This document shows, one piece after another, positions 1-8,787 of a DNA stretch of 12,575 nucleotides. Made by a program: the position numbers and the translations under genes. Positions within the stretch are counted from its first letter, which is position 1; every line of letters begins with the position of its first letter. Under the pieces are notes generated by a model that saw only the letters and a program-made list of their open reading frames with translations, was not told the origin of the DNA and did no database searches. Source of the DNA: a virus (Duplodnaviria > Heunggongvirae > Uroviricota > Caudoviricetes). Location: the IMG/VR virus record IMGVR_UViG_2778261358_000013; one strand, given 5' to 3'.

Positions 1-190
1 CAGAACGGCTATTCCATTCGAAGGTGAGCGCCATAATGCACTTGATGACGCCCGTTACCAGGCAAAATACGTTTCAGTTATCTGGCAAAAACTGATCCCG
101 AGTCAGGCTGATTCTTAATGTTCAACTGTCGCCGGTTGTGACTGGTATTCTGCAACCGGCGCTCGTCTGATGTAAGAGATAAAGAAAGCG

Positions 191-442
191 ATGAGCGAAG
201 TAATCATGATTGTCTCTCCCGGCAAATGGGTATCCGAAGAGCAGTTAATTGCGCTGAAAGGAATAAAAAAAGGTACGTTAAAAAAGGCCCGGGAAAAATC
301 GTTTATGGAAGGAAGGGAATATAAGCATGTCGCTCATGACGGTATGCCATGGGATAACAGTCCATGCTTTTACAACCTGGAAGAAATTGATCGCTGGATT
401 GAGCGCCAGGCATCTGCAAGACCAAGACGTCATCTTGCTTGA
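191..442 (+). CDS. Putative excisionase / small DNA-binding protein (Xis-like)
   Basis: 83-aa ORF immediately upstream of and co-oriented with the integrase (stop 440-442, int ATG at 462 or 477). Small basic protein typical of prophage Xis-like genes. No strong SD before ATG 191; function is by position only. Confidence 0.5.
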   Translation: MSEVIMIVSPGKWVSEEQLIALKGIKKGTLKKAREKSFMEGREYKHVAHDGMPWDNSPCFYNLEEIDRWIERQASARPRRHLA

Positions 443-461
443 CTAAAAGCAACACGAACCA

Positions 462-1757
462 ATGAGAGAAGCTGAAATGAAATATCCGACAGGCGTGGAA
501 AACCATGGAGGGAAATTACGTATCTGGTTTGTTTATAAAGGTGTAAGAGTCCGGGAAAATCTTGGGGTTCCTGACACAGCAAAAAACAGGCGCATTGCAG
601 GTGAGCTACGCGCCTCTGTTTGTTACGCAATAAAAACTGGCGCTTTCGACTATGCAAAACAGTTTCCCGCCTCACACAATCTGGAAAAATTTGGTGAGGC
701 CCGACAAGATTTAACCATAAAAGAACTGGCTGAAAAATTTCTGGCACTGAAAGAAACTGAAGTCGCAAAAACGTCACTCAACACGTACCGTGCCGTCATC
801 AAAAATATTCTGAGCATAATCGGTGAAAAAAATCTTGCATCATCGATTAATAAAGAAAAATTGCTGGCGGTACGTAAAGAGTTACTGACTGGATACCAGA
901 TCCCCAAAAGTAACTATATTGTTACACAACCCGGGAGATCGGCTGTTACCGTAAATAATTACATGACAAATCTTTACGCCGTGTTCCAGTTTGGTGTTGA
1001 TAACGGTTATCTGGCAGACAATCCATTTAAGGGGATCTCACCATTAAAGGAGTCGAGAACCATCCCGGATCCACTTTCGCGGGAGGAGTTTATCCGCCTT
1101 ATTGACGCGTGCAGAAATCAGCAAGCCAAAAATTTATGGTGTGTTTCCGTTTATACTGGGATTCGCCCTGGTGAACTCTGTGCGCTTGGATGGGAAGATA
1201 TAGATCTGAAAAATGGAACAATGATAATCAGAAGAAATCTGGCAAAAGACCGTTTTACAGTACCAAAAACACAGGCGGGAACCAATCGTGTGATTCACCT
1301 TATTAAGCCCGCAATCGACGCTCTCCGGAGTCAGATGGCACTAACGAGACTGAGCAAAGAGCATATCATCGATGTTCACCTCAGAGAATTCGGCAGAACA
1401 GAGAAACAAAAATGTACCTTTGTTTTTCAACCTGAAGTGTCAGCGAAAGTAAAAAATTATGGTGACCATTTTACCGTTGACTCAATAAGGCAGATGTGGG
1501 ACGCAGCGGTAAAGCGTGCCGGAATCCGCCATCGCAAATCGTATCAGTCGAGACACACTTATGCCTGCTGGTCGTTAACAGCAGGAGCTAACCCGGCATT
1601 CATTGCAAACCAGATGGGCCATGCAGATGCGCAAATGGTGTTTCAGGTGTACGGGAAATGGATGTCAGAAAATAATAATGCGCAGGTAACGCTGTTAAAT
1701 ACACAGTTAAGCGAGTTTGCCCCAACCATGCCCCATAACGAAGCGATGAAAAGTTAA
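462..1757 (+). CDS. Phage tyrosine integrase (site-specific recombinase)
   Basis: 431-aa ORF. C-terminal catalytic region has the tyrosine-recombinase signature (..SRHTYACWSL..GAN..IANQMGHADAQMVFQVYGKW.. giving the R, H-x-x-R and Y residues). An alternative start at ATG 477 (MKYPTG...) is possible. Confidence 0.85.
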   Translation: MREAEMKYPTGVENHGGKLRIWFVYKGVRVRENLGVPDTAKNRRIAGELRASVCYAIKTGAFDYAKQFPASHNLEKFGEARQDLTIKELAEKFLALKETEVAKTSLNTYRAVIKNILSIIGEKNLASSINKEKLLAVRKELLTGYQIPKSNYIVTQPGRSAVTVNNYMTNLYAVFQFGVDNGYLADNPFKGISPLKESRTIPDPLSREEFIRLIDACRNQQAKNLWCVSVYTGIRPGELCALGWEDIDLKNGTMIIRRNLAKDRFTVPKTQAGTNRVIHLIKPAIDALRSQMALTRLSKEHIIDVHLREFGRTEKQKCTFVFQPEVSAKVKNYGDHFTVDSIRQMWDAAVKRAGIRHRKSYQSRHTYACWSLTAGANPAFIANQMGHADAQMVFQVYGKWMSENNNAQVTLLNTQLSEFAPTMPHNEAMKS

Positions 1758-1944
1758 TTTTTTATTTATCAATTAGTTAGATTGAATGACTCTTGAAATC
1801 CATAAATTCAAGCGCAGTGCCCAGCCATCCCGATACTGCTGCTTTCACCAAATCCTTAGTGCTTCTTTCATGTTTTTCTATTGTCATAATGGTTATCTCT
1901 AAAAAAGAGGTAAGATGCGTACTACTTACTCGCCGTTATTGGTA

Positions 1945-2964
1945 TTATTCAGAAAAAGTGAGCAAGACTTTGCAGCAATGTTTTTGATCCTGTTCAAATA
2001 AACTAATGGCATCAGCAACATGCTGGAAATCAAACGTATGGGTAATTAATTTTTCTGGTTTAATTAACCCTTTACTTAACCAGTCGATAACAACCGGAAA
2101 TTTATTTGCATTTAAGCGTGAAGAGAAAATAGAGAGTTCTTTTCCGGTAATTCCTTGCTGAATCACTTCAGACGGTTCACTGGAGAAGCCCATCAATACA
2201 ATACGTGCCGCTGGAGAAGCCAGCGTTACGGCCTCTTTCAGGATAGAAGGATGACAAGCCGCATCGATAATTAATGTCGGCTTGATGCCTTTTTCAGCGA
2301 AAATCTCGCCAAGCGGTGTCTGGCTGTTATTAATCGCCCAGTCTGCCCCGCTCTCTTTCGCTTTTTCCAGTCGTTCATCAATGCGATCGGCAACAATCAC
2401 ATTTTTAACGTTATAGACGCCTTTTAATACCTGAACGATCGTCAGGCCGATTGGACCGGCACCATAAACCAGAACGGTATCATTTTCAGTCGGTTGACCA
2501 TGACCGGTAACGTTAGCCGCAATGGTAAAAGGTTCGATCATCACCGCATATTGATCGGCCACTGCTTCAGGAATTTTCCACGCATTTTTTGCCGGAACCA
2601 CGGCATATTCACTGAAACCACCGTCAGCGTGCACACCTAATACAGCAAGTGTCGTACAAACGTTCGGCTTACCTATAGAGCACGGATAGCAATGCCCACA
2701 GCTGACCACCGGATCGACAGCAACGCGTTCACCGACTCTGGCGCTTTCCACACCTTCACCCACCGCATCAATGACGCCAAAGAATTCATGACCAATGACG
2801 CGCGGATATTTCGCAAAAGGATTATGCCCACGGTAAATATGGCTATCTGAACCACAAATTCCGGCAAGTTTCACTTTTACTCGTACTTCACCCGCTGACG
2901 GGGTGGGTATTTCACGTTCGATAATCGACAGTTGATTCGGTTTTTCAATTAAAATGCTTTTCAT
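1945..2964 (-). CDS. rspB: Zn-dependent alcohol/sugar dehydrogenase, starvation-sensing protein RspB
   Basis: Translation matches my memory of E. coli RspB (MKSILIEKPNQLSIIEREIPTPSAGEVRVKVKLAGICGSDSHIYRG...; zinc motifs GHEFFG and CGHCYPC). Start set at ATG 2962-2964 with SD AGGAG 7 nt upstream, not the longer track ORF start at 2988. Lies 11 nt downstream of the rspA stop, operon-like. Confidence 0.85.
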   Translation of the reverse strand: MKSILIEKPNQLSIIEREIPTPSAGEVRVKVKLAGICGSDSHIYRGHNPFAKYPRVIGHEFFGVIDAVGEGVESARVGERVAVDPVVSCGHCYPCSIGKPNVCTTLAVLGVHADGGFSEYAVVPAKNAWKIPEAVADQYAVMIEPFTIAANVTGHGQPTENDTVLVYGAGPIGLTIVQVLKGVYNVKNVIVADRIDERLEKAKESGADWAINNSQTPLGEIFAEKGIKPTLIIDAACHPSILKEAVTLASPAARIVLMGFSSEPSEVIQQGITGKELSIFSSRLNANKFPVVIDWLSKGLIKPEKLITHTFDFQHVADAISLFEQDQKHCCKVLLTFSE

Positions 2965-2975
2965 TACCTTACTCC

Positions 2976-4189
2976 TTACCAGTTCCACAGCGTGCCATCT
3001 TCCAGACGTGCGACTGGCAGATAAGCAGGTTCATAGGGATATTTCGCCGCCAGCTTTTCATCGAATTCGATGCCAAGACCCGGTTTGTCTCCCGGATGCA
3101 TATAGCCGTTATCGAAAGTCCAGTTGTGCGGGAAGACTTCGAGCATTTGTTCGGAATAACCCATGTACTCCTGGACACCGAAATTGGGGACCCACAGATC
3201 AAAGTGCAGCGCCGCAGCCATGCAGACTGGTGACAAATCGGAAGGACCGTGTGAGCCAGTACGTACCTGATACAGCGAAGCAAAATCGGCAATCCGGCGC
3301 ATACCGGTAATTCCGCCTGCATGGGTCAGCGTGGTGCGGATATAATCGATGAGTTGCTCTTCAATCAGTTGTTTGCAGTCCCAGATGCTGTTGAAGACTT
3401 CACCCACTGCGATGGGTGTGACGGTATGTTGGCGAATGAGACGGAAGCATTCCTGGTTTTCCGCAGGCGTCGGGTCTTCCATCCAGAACATGCGATAATC
3501 TTCAATGCTTTTACCAAAGCGCGCCGCTTCAATAGGCGTTAAGCGATGGTACATGTCATGCAGCAAATGTTCATTAAAACCAAACTTGTTACGTACCGCG
3601 TCAAACAATTTCGGCATGAAATCGAGGTATTTCTCCGTCGACCACAGCTGCTCTTCCGGCCACTGTCCTTTGGTTGCGGGTTCATAAGCCAGACCTTTAC
3701 CTTTCGACATGCCGTAGGTGGTTTTCATACCAGGGATTCCGCACTGCACGCGGATGGCTTTGAATCCCAGCTCCTGATGACGGGCATAATCATCCAGAGC
3801 TTCATCAATACTGTGACCGGTGGTATGGCAATAAACCATCACCCTTCACGAGACGCGCCGCCGAGTAACTGGTAAAGCGGCATGTTGGTAGCTTTGGCTT
3901 TAATATCCCACAGCGCCATATCAACCGCTGAAATGGCCGACATCGTAACCGGACCGCGACGCCAGTAAGCACCTTTATAGAAAAACTGCCAGATATCTTC
4001 GATACGGTGCGCATCGCGACCAATAAGCTGCGGACAAAGGTGATCCTGCAAATAAGAGGCCACGGAAAGCTCACGTCCATTGAGGGTGGCATCCCCAAGG
4101 CCCGTAATACCGTCCTCAGTGGTGATTTTTAATGTGACGAAATTACGCCCCGGACAGGTAACAAAAACTTCAGCCTTTACGATCTTCAT
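2976..4189 (-). pseudogene. rspA: rspA (enolase-superfamily mannonate-dehydratase-like starvation-sensing protein) interrupted by a 1-bp frameshift
   Basis: Two adjacent track ORFs (3839..4222 and 2976..3842) together read as RspA ([42 protein letters not shown]... then ...[27 protein letters not shown]...). The frame breaks at ..LLGGASREG|, where the plus strand has a ccc run at 3847-3849 and an intact gene would need one more C. Real start ATG 4187-4189 with SD AAGGA. Confidence 0.8.
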
Positions 4190-4394
4190 GTTCGATTCCT
4201 TGCATCGCTTGTCGTGATGCATGAAATCTACGCAACTGAGCTACTACCATACAAGTATAAAGATCGAAAAAAGCCGGAGTGATCACAAAAAAAGGCGTAT
4301 ATTTGCGCTGTGAATGGTTGACAAAAGATGAAATAGAATACCTTTTGTCAGCTGACACTTCCTCTTATCTTATTGATAAAATGGATTTATGTTC

Positions 4395-4721
4395 CTACGT
4401 GCGCCCCCAGCCCGCAACAATGATCAACATGCCGCAAAGCGCAATCAACGCACCCGTCCAGTCATAAAGAGTCAGTTTCACGCCATCCACAACGCGCAGC
4501 CACATCAACGCCGTGCAGACATAAACGCCACCATAAGCCGCGTAAACACGCCCACTCGCCGCTGGATGCAACGTTAACAACCAGACAAACAGCGCCAGTG
4601 AAATCCCCGCCGGAAGCAACAGCCAGATACTGGCGTTTCGTTTTAACCACAACCAGGGCAGAAAGCATCCAATAATTTCACACAGCGCAGTAGCAAAAAA
4701 TAGTAACGTTGTTTTAATCAT
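4395..4721 (-). CDS. ynfA: UPF0060-family inner membrane protein YnfA
   Basis: 108-aa hydrophobic ORF ([26 protein letters not shown]...) matching my memory of E. coli YnfA, in the conserved position between rspA and ynfB. Confidence 0.85.
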
Positions 4722-4855
4722 CTTTGTCTCTTATTGACATCATGTATAGTTATAGGGCGACATAATATCATCAATATAAACACCCTCCTGGTACGTTTTG
4801 CGTCCGCAGTGGATGGTGTAGAATCACCTTTAATCATTCATACAGGGAATGAATT

Positions 4856-5197
4856 ATGAAAATCACTCTCAGCAAACGAATCGGCCTGCTCGCTATTCTG
4901 CTGCCTTGCGCACTGGCATTGAGCACAACTGTTCATGCCGAAACTAACAAACTGGTGATTGAGTCTGGCGACAGTGCACAAAGCCGCCAGCACGCCGCTA
5001 TGGAAAAAGAGCAATGGAATGACACGCGCAATCTGCGCCAGAAAGTGAATAAACGCACTGAAAAAGAGTGGGATAAAGCCGACGCCGCTTTTGATAACCG
5101 CGATAAATGTGAGCAAAGCGCCAACATCAATGCCTACTGGGAGCCCAATACTTTGCGCTGCCTGGACCGTCGAACTGGCCGCGTTATTACCCCCTAA
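4856..5197 (+). CDS. ynfB: Secreted/periplasmic small protein YnfB (signal peptide, function unknown)
   Basis: 113-aa ORF with N-terminal signal peptide ([28 protein letters not shown]|ETN). Divergent from ynfA and directly upstream of speG, as in E. coli. Confidence 0.8.
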
Positions 5198-5231
5198 CCT
5201 GTTATTGATTTAAGGAATGTAAGGACACGTT

Positions 5232-5792
5232 ATGCCAAGCGCCCACAGTGTTAAGCTACGCCCGCTGGAGCGTGAAGATTTACGCTATGTACATCAACTC
5301 GACAACAACGCCAGTGTGATGCGTTACTGGTTTGAGGAACCCTACGAAGCCTTTGTTGAACTCTCTGATCTGTATGATAAGCATATTCACGATCAGAGCG
5401 AACGGCGCTTTGTGGTGGAATGTGACGGCGAAAAAGCCGGTCTGGTGGAGCTGGTGGAAATTAACCATGTTCATCGCCGCGCAGAATTTCAGATAATTAT
5501 CTCCCCGGAGTATCAGGGGAAAGGTCTGGCAACCCGTGCCGCCAAATTAGCAATGGACTATGGCTTTACCGTTCTCAATCTCTATAAGCTGTATCTGATC
5601 GTTGATAAAGAGAATGAAAAAGCGATTCACATTTACCGCAAGCTTGGCTTTTCGGTTGAAGGTGAATTGATGCACGAGTTCTTTATTAATGGTCAATATC
5701 GTAATGCCATTCGCATGTGTATATTCCAGCATCAGTATCTGGCAGAGCACAAAACACCGGGTCAGACTCTCCTGAAGCCGACCGCACAATAG
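5232..5792 (+). CDS. speG: Spermidine N1-acetyltransferase (GNAT family)
   Basis: 186-aa [44 protein letters not shown]... recognised as SpeG. GNAT acetyl-CoA motif region (..[18 protein letters not shown]..) present. Confidence 0.9.
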   Translation: MPSAHSVKLRPLEREDLRYVHQLDNNASVMRYWFEEPYEAFVELSDLYDKHIHDQSERRFVVECDGEKAGLVELVEINHVHRRAEFQIIISPEYQGKGLATRAAKLAMDYGFTVLNLYKLYLIVDKENEKAIHIYRKLGFSVEGELMHEFFINGQYRNAIRMCIFQHQYLAEHKTPGQTLLKPTAQ

Positions 5793-5794
5793 CA

Positions 5795-6505
5795 TTAATA
5801 ATAATCGATCGTATTTTTGATGGTGTAAACCCGTTCGACGGCGGGTTTTACTCCTTCATCAACAATGATTAGCTGACAGTCCACCGGATTAGCGTGACTG
5901 TCATATTCACAGCTCTGTTTTACATTACCAACCCGTTGATTATTCAGTAAAGTAACCGCTGTGTAATCTAATTTTTTGATCGGATCCGTTGATGGCGTGG
6001 CGCTGACAGATAATGTTTTGTCGTTACTTTTCGTGGTTTTACCCAGCGGATAACCCTGATCATCATAGCGATATTCCATCTGCATTTGTTTGCTGCTGGC
6101 TTTAATCACGAAGCCATTATCATCGGTTTCCCAACTCACCCCGGCAGAAGGTAATTCTGCTAGCTGGCATTTTCCCTGTAAACGTACTCTCTTCTCCAGC
6201 GTCTCGGCATCACGGTAATAATTGGCGTCCAGTACCAGAGCGACCACGGTATTATTTTCCAGATCCAGTAATTCGAGTGAATCAAAACAGCCTTCTTCCG
6301 ACAAAGTCCCAGAAACACGTTTCGTCACTTCACCTTGCTCATCCATTAATGTCTGAGTGAAATCTTTTACCGGACCACGCAGCGGATCAAAATCGAATTC
6401 ATTAGAGAAACTGGCCATCTCAGGGGTAAATGAAAGTGTTACCTCTGTGCGGTCACATCCTGTGAGGAATATCGCGAGTAAGCATGGTAGTAATTTGTAT
6501 TTCAC
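5795..6505 (-). CDS. ynfC: Lipoprotein YnfC (UPF0257 family)
   Basis: Convergent with speG (stops 2 nt apart). Lipobox LLAIFLTGC near the N-terminus. Start placed at GTG 6503-6505 (VKYKLLPCLL..) to give a 236-aa lipoprotein precursor; the track ORF starts 12 codons upstream at ATG 6541. Confidence 0.8.
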   Translation of the reverse strand: MKYKLLPCLLAIFLTGCDRTEVTLSFTPEMASFSNEFDFDPLRGPVKDFTQTLMDEQGEVTKRVSGTLSEEGCFDSLELLDLENNTVVALVLDANYYRDAETLEKRVRLQGKCQLAELPSAGVSWETDDNGFVIKASSKQMQMEYRYDDQGYPLGKTTKSNDKTLSVSATPSTDPIKKLDYTAVTLLNNQRVGNVKQSCEYDSHANPVDCQLIIVDEGVKPAVERVYTIKNTIDYY

Positions 6506-6609
6506 AACAGTCACCAGAGAGTAGAGATGATTCTCAATCATAGTAGCAAATACAGTACTTTACACGTTAAATGCTATGCTTAAAGAAGTTATCTTCGCGT
6601 AAGGAGCTT

Positions 6610-6918
6610 ATGATGAAACTCTCAACCTGCTGTGCCGCGCTTCTGCTCGCCCTCGCCTCACCCGTGGTACTCGCCGCGCCGGGATCCTGTGAGCGCATAC
6701 AGAGCGATATATCACAGCGCATTATCAATAATGGCGTACCCGAAAGCAGCTTCACGTTAAGTATTGTACCCAATGACCAGGTTGATCAGCCTGATTCCCA
6801 GGTCGTCGGCCATTGCGCTAATGATACGCATAAAATTCTCTATACCCGCACCACCAGCGGTAACGTCTCTGCTCCCGCGCAGTCTACCCAGGATGGCGCG
6901 CCTGCCGAACCGCAGTAA
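6610..6918 (+). CDS. ynfD: Small secreted protein YnfD (DUF1161-like)
   Basis: Start ATG 6610 (or 6613) preceded by SD AAGGAG at 6601-6606. Signal peptide MMKLSTCCAALLLALASPVVLA|AP. Assigned by sequence plus conserved position upstream of ynfE. Confidence 0.75.
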   Translation: MMKLSTCCAALLLALASPVVLAAPGSCERIQSDISQRIINNGVPESSFTLSIVPNDQVDQPDSQVVGHCANDTHKILYTRTTSGNVSAPAQSTQDGAPAEPQ

Positions 6919-6934
6919 TACATTATCGACTGAA

Positions 6935-6962
6935 CGCCGGATACGACACATCCGGCGATTTG
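6935..6962 (+). terminator. Candidate rho-independent terminator after ynfD
   Basis: Perfect 8-bp stem cgccggat (6935-6942) / atccggcg (6950-6957) with 7-nt loop acgacac, followed by ATTTG 17 nt after the ynfD stop. Confidence 0.45.
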
Positions 6963-7003
6963 AACATACAACATAATCCCACCTTATTACTCATACCCTT
7001 CTA

Positions 7004-7017
7004 TTGATATGGATTAA
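7004..7017 (+). promoter_or_regulatory. FNR-like half-palindrome TTGAT-N4-ATTAA about 100 bp upstream of ynfE
   Basis: ttgatatggattaa matches the FNR/CRP-family consensus TTGAT-N4-ATCAA with one mismatch. The ynfEFGH operon is anaerobically expressed in E. coli (established); the site assignment is inference. Confidence 0.3.
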
Positions 7018-7116
7018 TAATTCTTAACCCAAAATGGGTAGACTCCCTCTATTGTTAGCGCGCTAAATATTCAATATATAAACATTTATATAACGATAAA
7101 GAACAGGGAGTGAGTT

Positions 7117-8526
7117 ATGTCCAAAAATGACCGAATGGTGGGCATCAGCCGCAGAACACTCGTTAAATCAACCGCGATAGGTTCTCTGGCGCTGGCTGCA
7201 GGCGGTTTTTCTTTACCGTTCACCCTGCGCAGTGCAGCGGCAACGGTACAACAGGCCAGCGAAAAAGTGATCTGGGGTGCCTGTTCCGTCAACTGTGGTA
7301 GCCGCTGTGCACTTCGTCTACATGTTAAAGATAATGAAGTGACCTGGGTGGAAACTGACAATACCGGCAGCGATGAGTACGGCAACCATCAGGTACGCGC
7401 CTGTTTGCGCGGTCGCTCCATCCGCCGGCGTATTAATCATCCCGATCGCTTGAATTACCCAATGAAACGCGTGGGTACACGCGGTGAAGGCAAATTCGAA
7501 CGGATTAGCTGGGATGAAGCCCTGGATACTATCGCCAGTAGCCTGAAAAAAACCGTCGAACAATATGGCAATGAGGCTGTATATATTCAGTACTCTTCGG
7601 GGATTGTTGGCGGCAATATGACCCGCTCTTCGCCATCAGCCTCGGCGGTCAAACGCCTGATGAACTGCTACGGCGGTTCACTCAATCAGTATGGCTCCTA
7701 CAGCACCGCGCAAATTTCCTGTGCCATGCCCTACACCTACGGCAGTAATGATGGCAACAGCACCACGGATATTGAAAACAGCAAGCTGGTCGTGATGTTT
7801 GGTAACAACCCGGCAGAAACCCGCATGAGCGGCGGTGGCATCACTTATCTTCTTGAAAAAGCGCGCGAGAAATCGAACGCCAAAATGATTGTTATCGATC
7901 CGCGATATACCGATACGGCTGCTGGTCGTGAAGATGAATGGCTCCCTATTCGCCCGGGCACCGATGCCGCGCTGGTTGCGGGTATTGCCTGGGTATTGAT
8001 TAACGAAAATCTCGTTGATCAACCTTTTCTCGATAAATACTGCGTCGGCTATGACGAAAAAACCTTACCCGCAGATGCACCCAAAAATGGTCACTATAAA
8101 GCCTATATTCTTGGTGAAGGTGATGATAACACAGCGAAAACGCCGCAGTGGGCTTCGCAAATTACCGGTATCCCGGTAGACCGTATCATCAAACTGGCGC
8201 GTGAAATTGGCACAGCAAAACCCGCTTATATCTGCCAGGGCTGGGGGCCGCAACGCCAGGCAAACGGCGAACTGACTGCACGCGCTATTGCTATGTTACC
8301 TATTTTGACGGGCAATGTCGGCATCAGCGGCGGAAATAGTGGCGCGCGTGAATCGACCTATACCATTACCATAGAACGCCTGCCGGTGCTGGATAATCCG
8401 GTCAAAACGTCAATCTCCTGCTTCAGCTGGACAGATGCTATCGATCATGGTCCGCAAATGACGGCAATCCGCGACGGCGTCCGCGGCAAAGATAAACTGG
8501 ATGTGCCCATTAAGTTCATCTGGAAC
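7117..8526 (+). pseudogene. ynfE: 5-prime portion (~470 codons) of ynfE, molybdopterin oxidoreductase / DMSO-reductase-family catalytic subunit, truncated by foreign DNA
   Basis: Tat signal (MSKNDRMVGISRRTLVKSTAIGSLALAAGG...AAA) and N-terminal Cys cluster (CSVNCGSRCALRLH) typical of DmsA/YnfE-type enzymes. The homologous reading ends at ...DVPIKFIWN (codon ending 8526). The track ORF then runs 22 unrelated codons (FKDLKRLLVRVTRDLSRPEVLH) to a stop at 8593-8595. Full-length proteins of this family are about 800 aa. Confidence 0.8.
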
Positions 8527-8787
8527 TTCAAGGACTTGAAGCGGTTACTCGTTAGAGTCACGAGAGACCTTAGTAGGCCTGAGGTCCTGCATTGAGTCAA
8601 GGACTTTGTGTCATTCTTTGTGCCAGACTTGTGTCATTAGACGGGATTTCTAGACGGCTGGTCAGGACCCCGGTGGCCTCGGTCTGGACTTGAGGCGGGG
8701 CTATGGGGGAAGTCTGCTGGCTTAATGTATTAGATGGTCATTCACATTTTTCTGTCAGAAACCATCGGTCCCACTGTGAGTCCAAAC
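8527..8787 (-). repeat. Non-coding terminal-repeat-like region of the foreign segment, with T7-group-like end motifs on the minus strand
   Basis: No ORF longer than 15 codons on the minus strand. Minus strand carries CTCACAGTG-G-GACC (8767-8780) and TTCCCCCATAG (8701-8711), resembling the first ~35 nt of the T7 terminal repeat (TCTCACAGTGTACGGACCTAAAGTTCCCCCATAGGGGG, from memory). Short direct repeats tcaaggactt (8528, 8596) and gactt(t)gtgtcatt (8600, 8618). Confidence 0.4.

Larger units (their letters stand above)
1..1757 (+). mobile_element. Integration module at the end of a prophage (xis-like gene then tyrosine integrase, both reading toward rspB); the prophage body would lie left of the window
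   Basis: Order xis -> int -> short AT-rich spacer -> host gene is the usual arrangement at a prophage end next to its att site. This is the position of the Qin prophage integrase in E. coli K-12, as far as I recall. Confidence 0.55.

Noticed and set aside
303-907. Minus-strand track ORFs 303..506, 430..777 and 650..907
   Set aside because: Antisense to the xis-like and integrase genes, which have recognisable protein features.
1793-1987. Plus-strand 64-aa ORF between int and rspB
   Set aside because: Overlaps the 3-prime end of rspB on the opposite strand and has no SD. The spacer is more likely the att region.
2673-8253. Short track ORFs overlapping the chromosomal genes (2673..2867, 2954..3310, 2969..3322, 3321..3542, 3505..3687, 3546..3875, 3805..4098, 4170..4358, 4279..4467, 4389..4577, 4462..4668, 4838..5116, 4933..5130, 5280..5474, 5547..5795, 6567..6773, 6757..6951, 6764..6976, 7086..7385, 7318..7563, 7678..8022, 8065..8253)
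   Set aside because: All overlap, in another frame or strand, genes with recognisable products (rspB, rspA, ynfA, ynfB, speG, ynfC, ynfD, ynfE).
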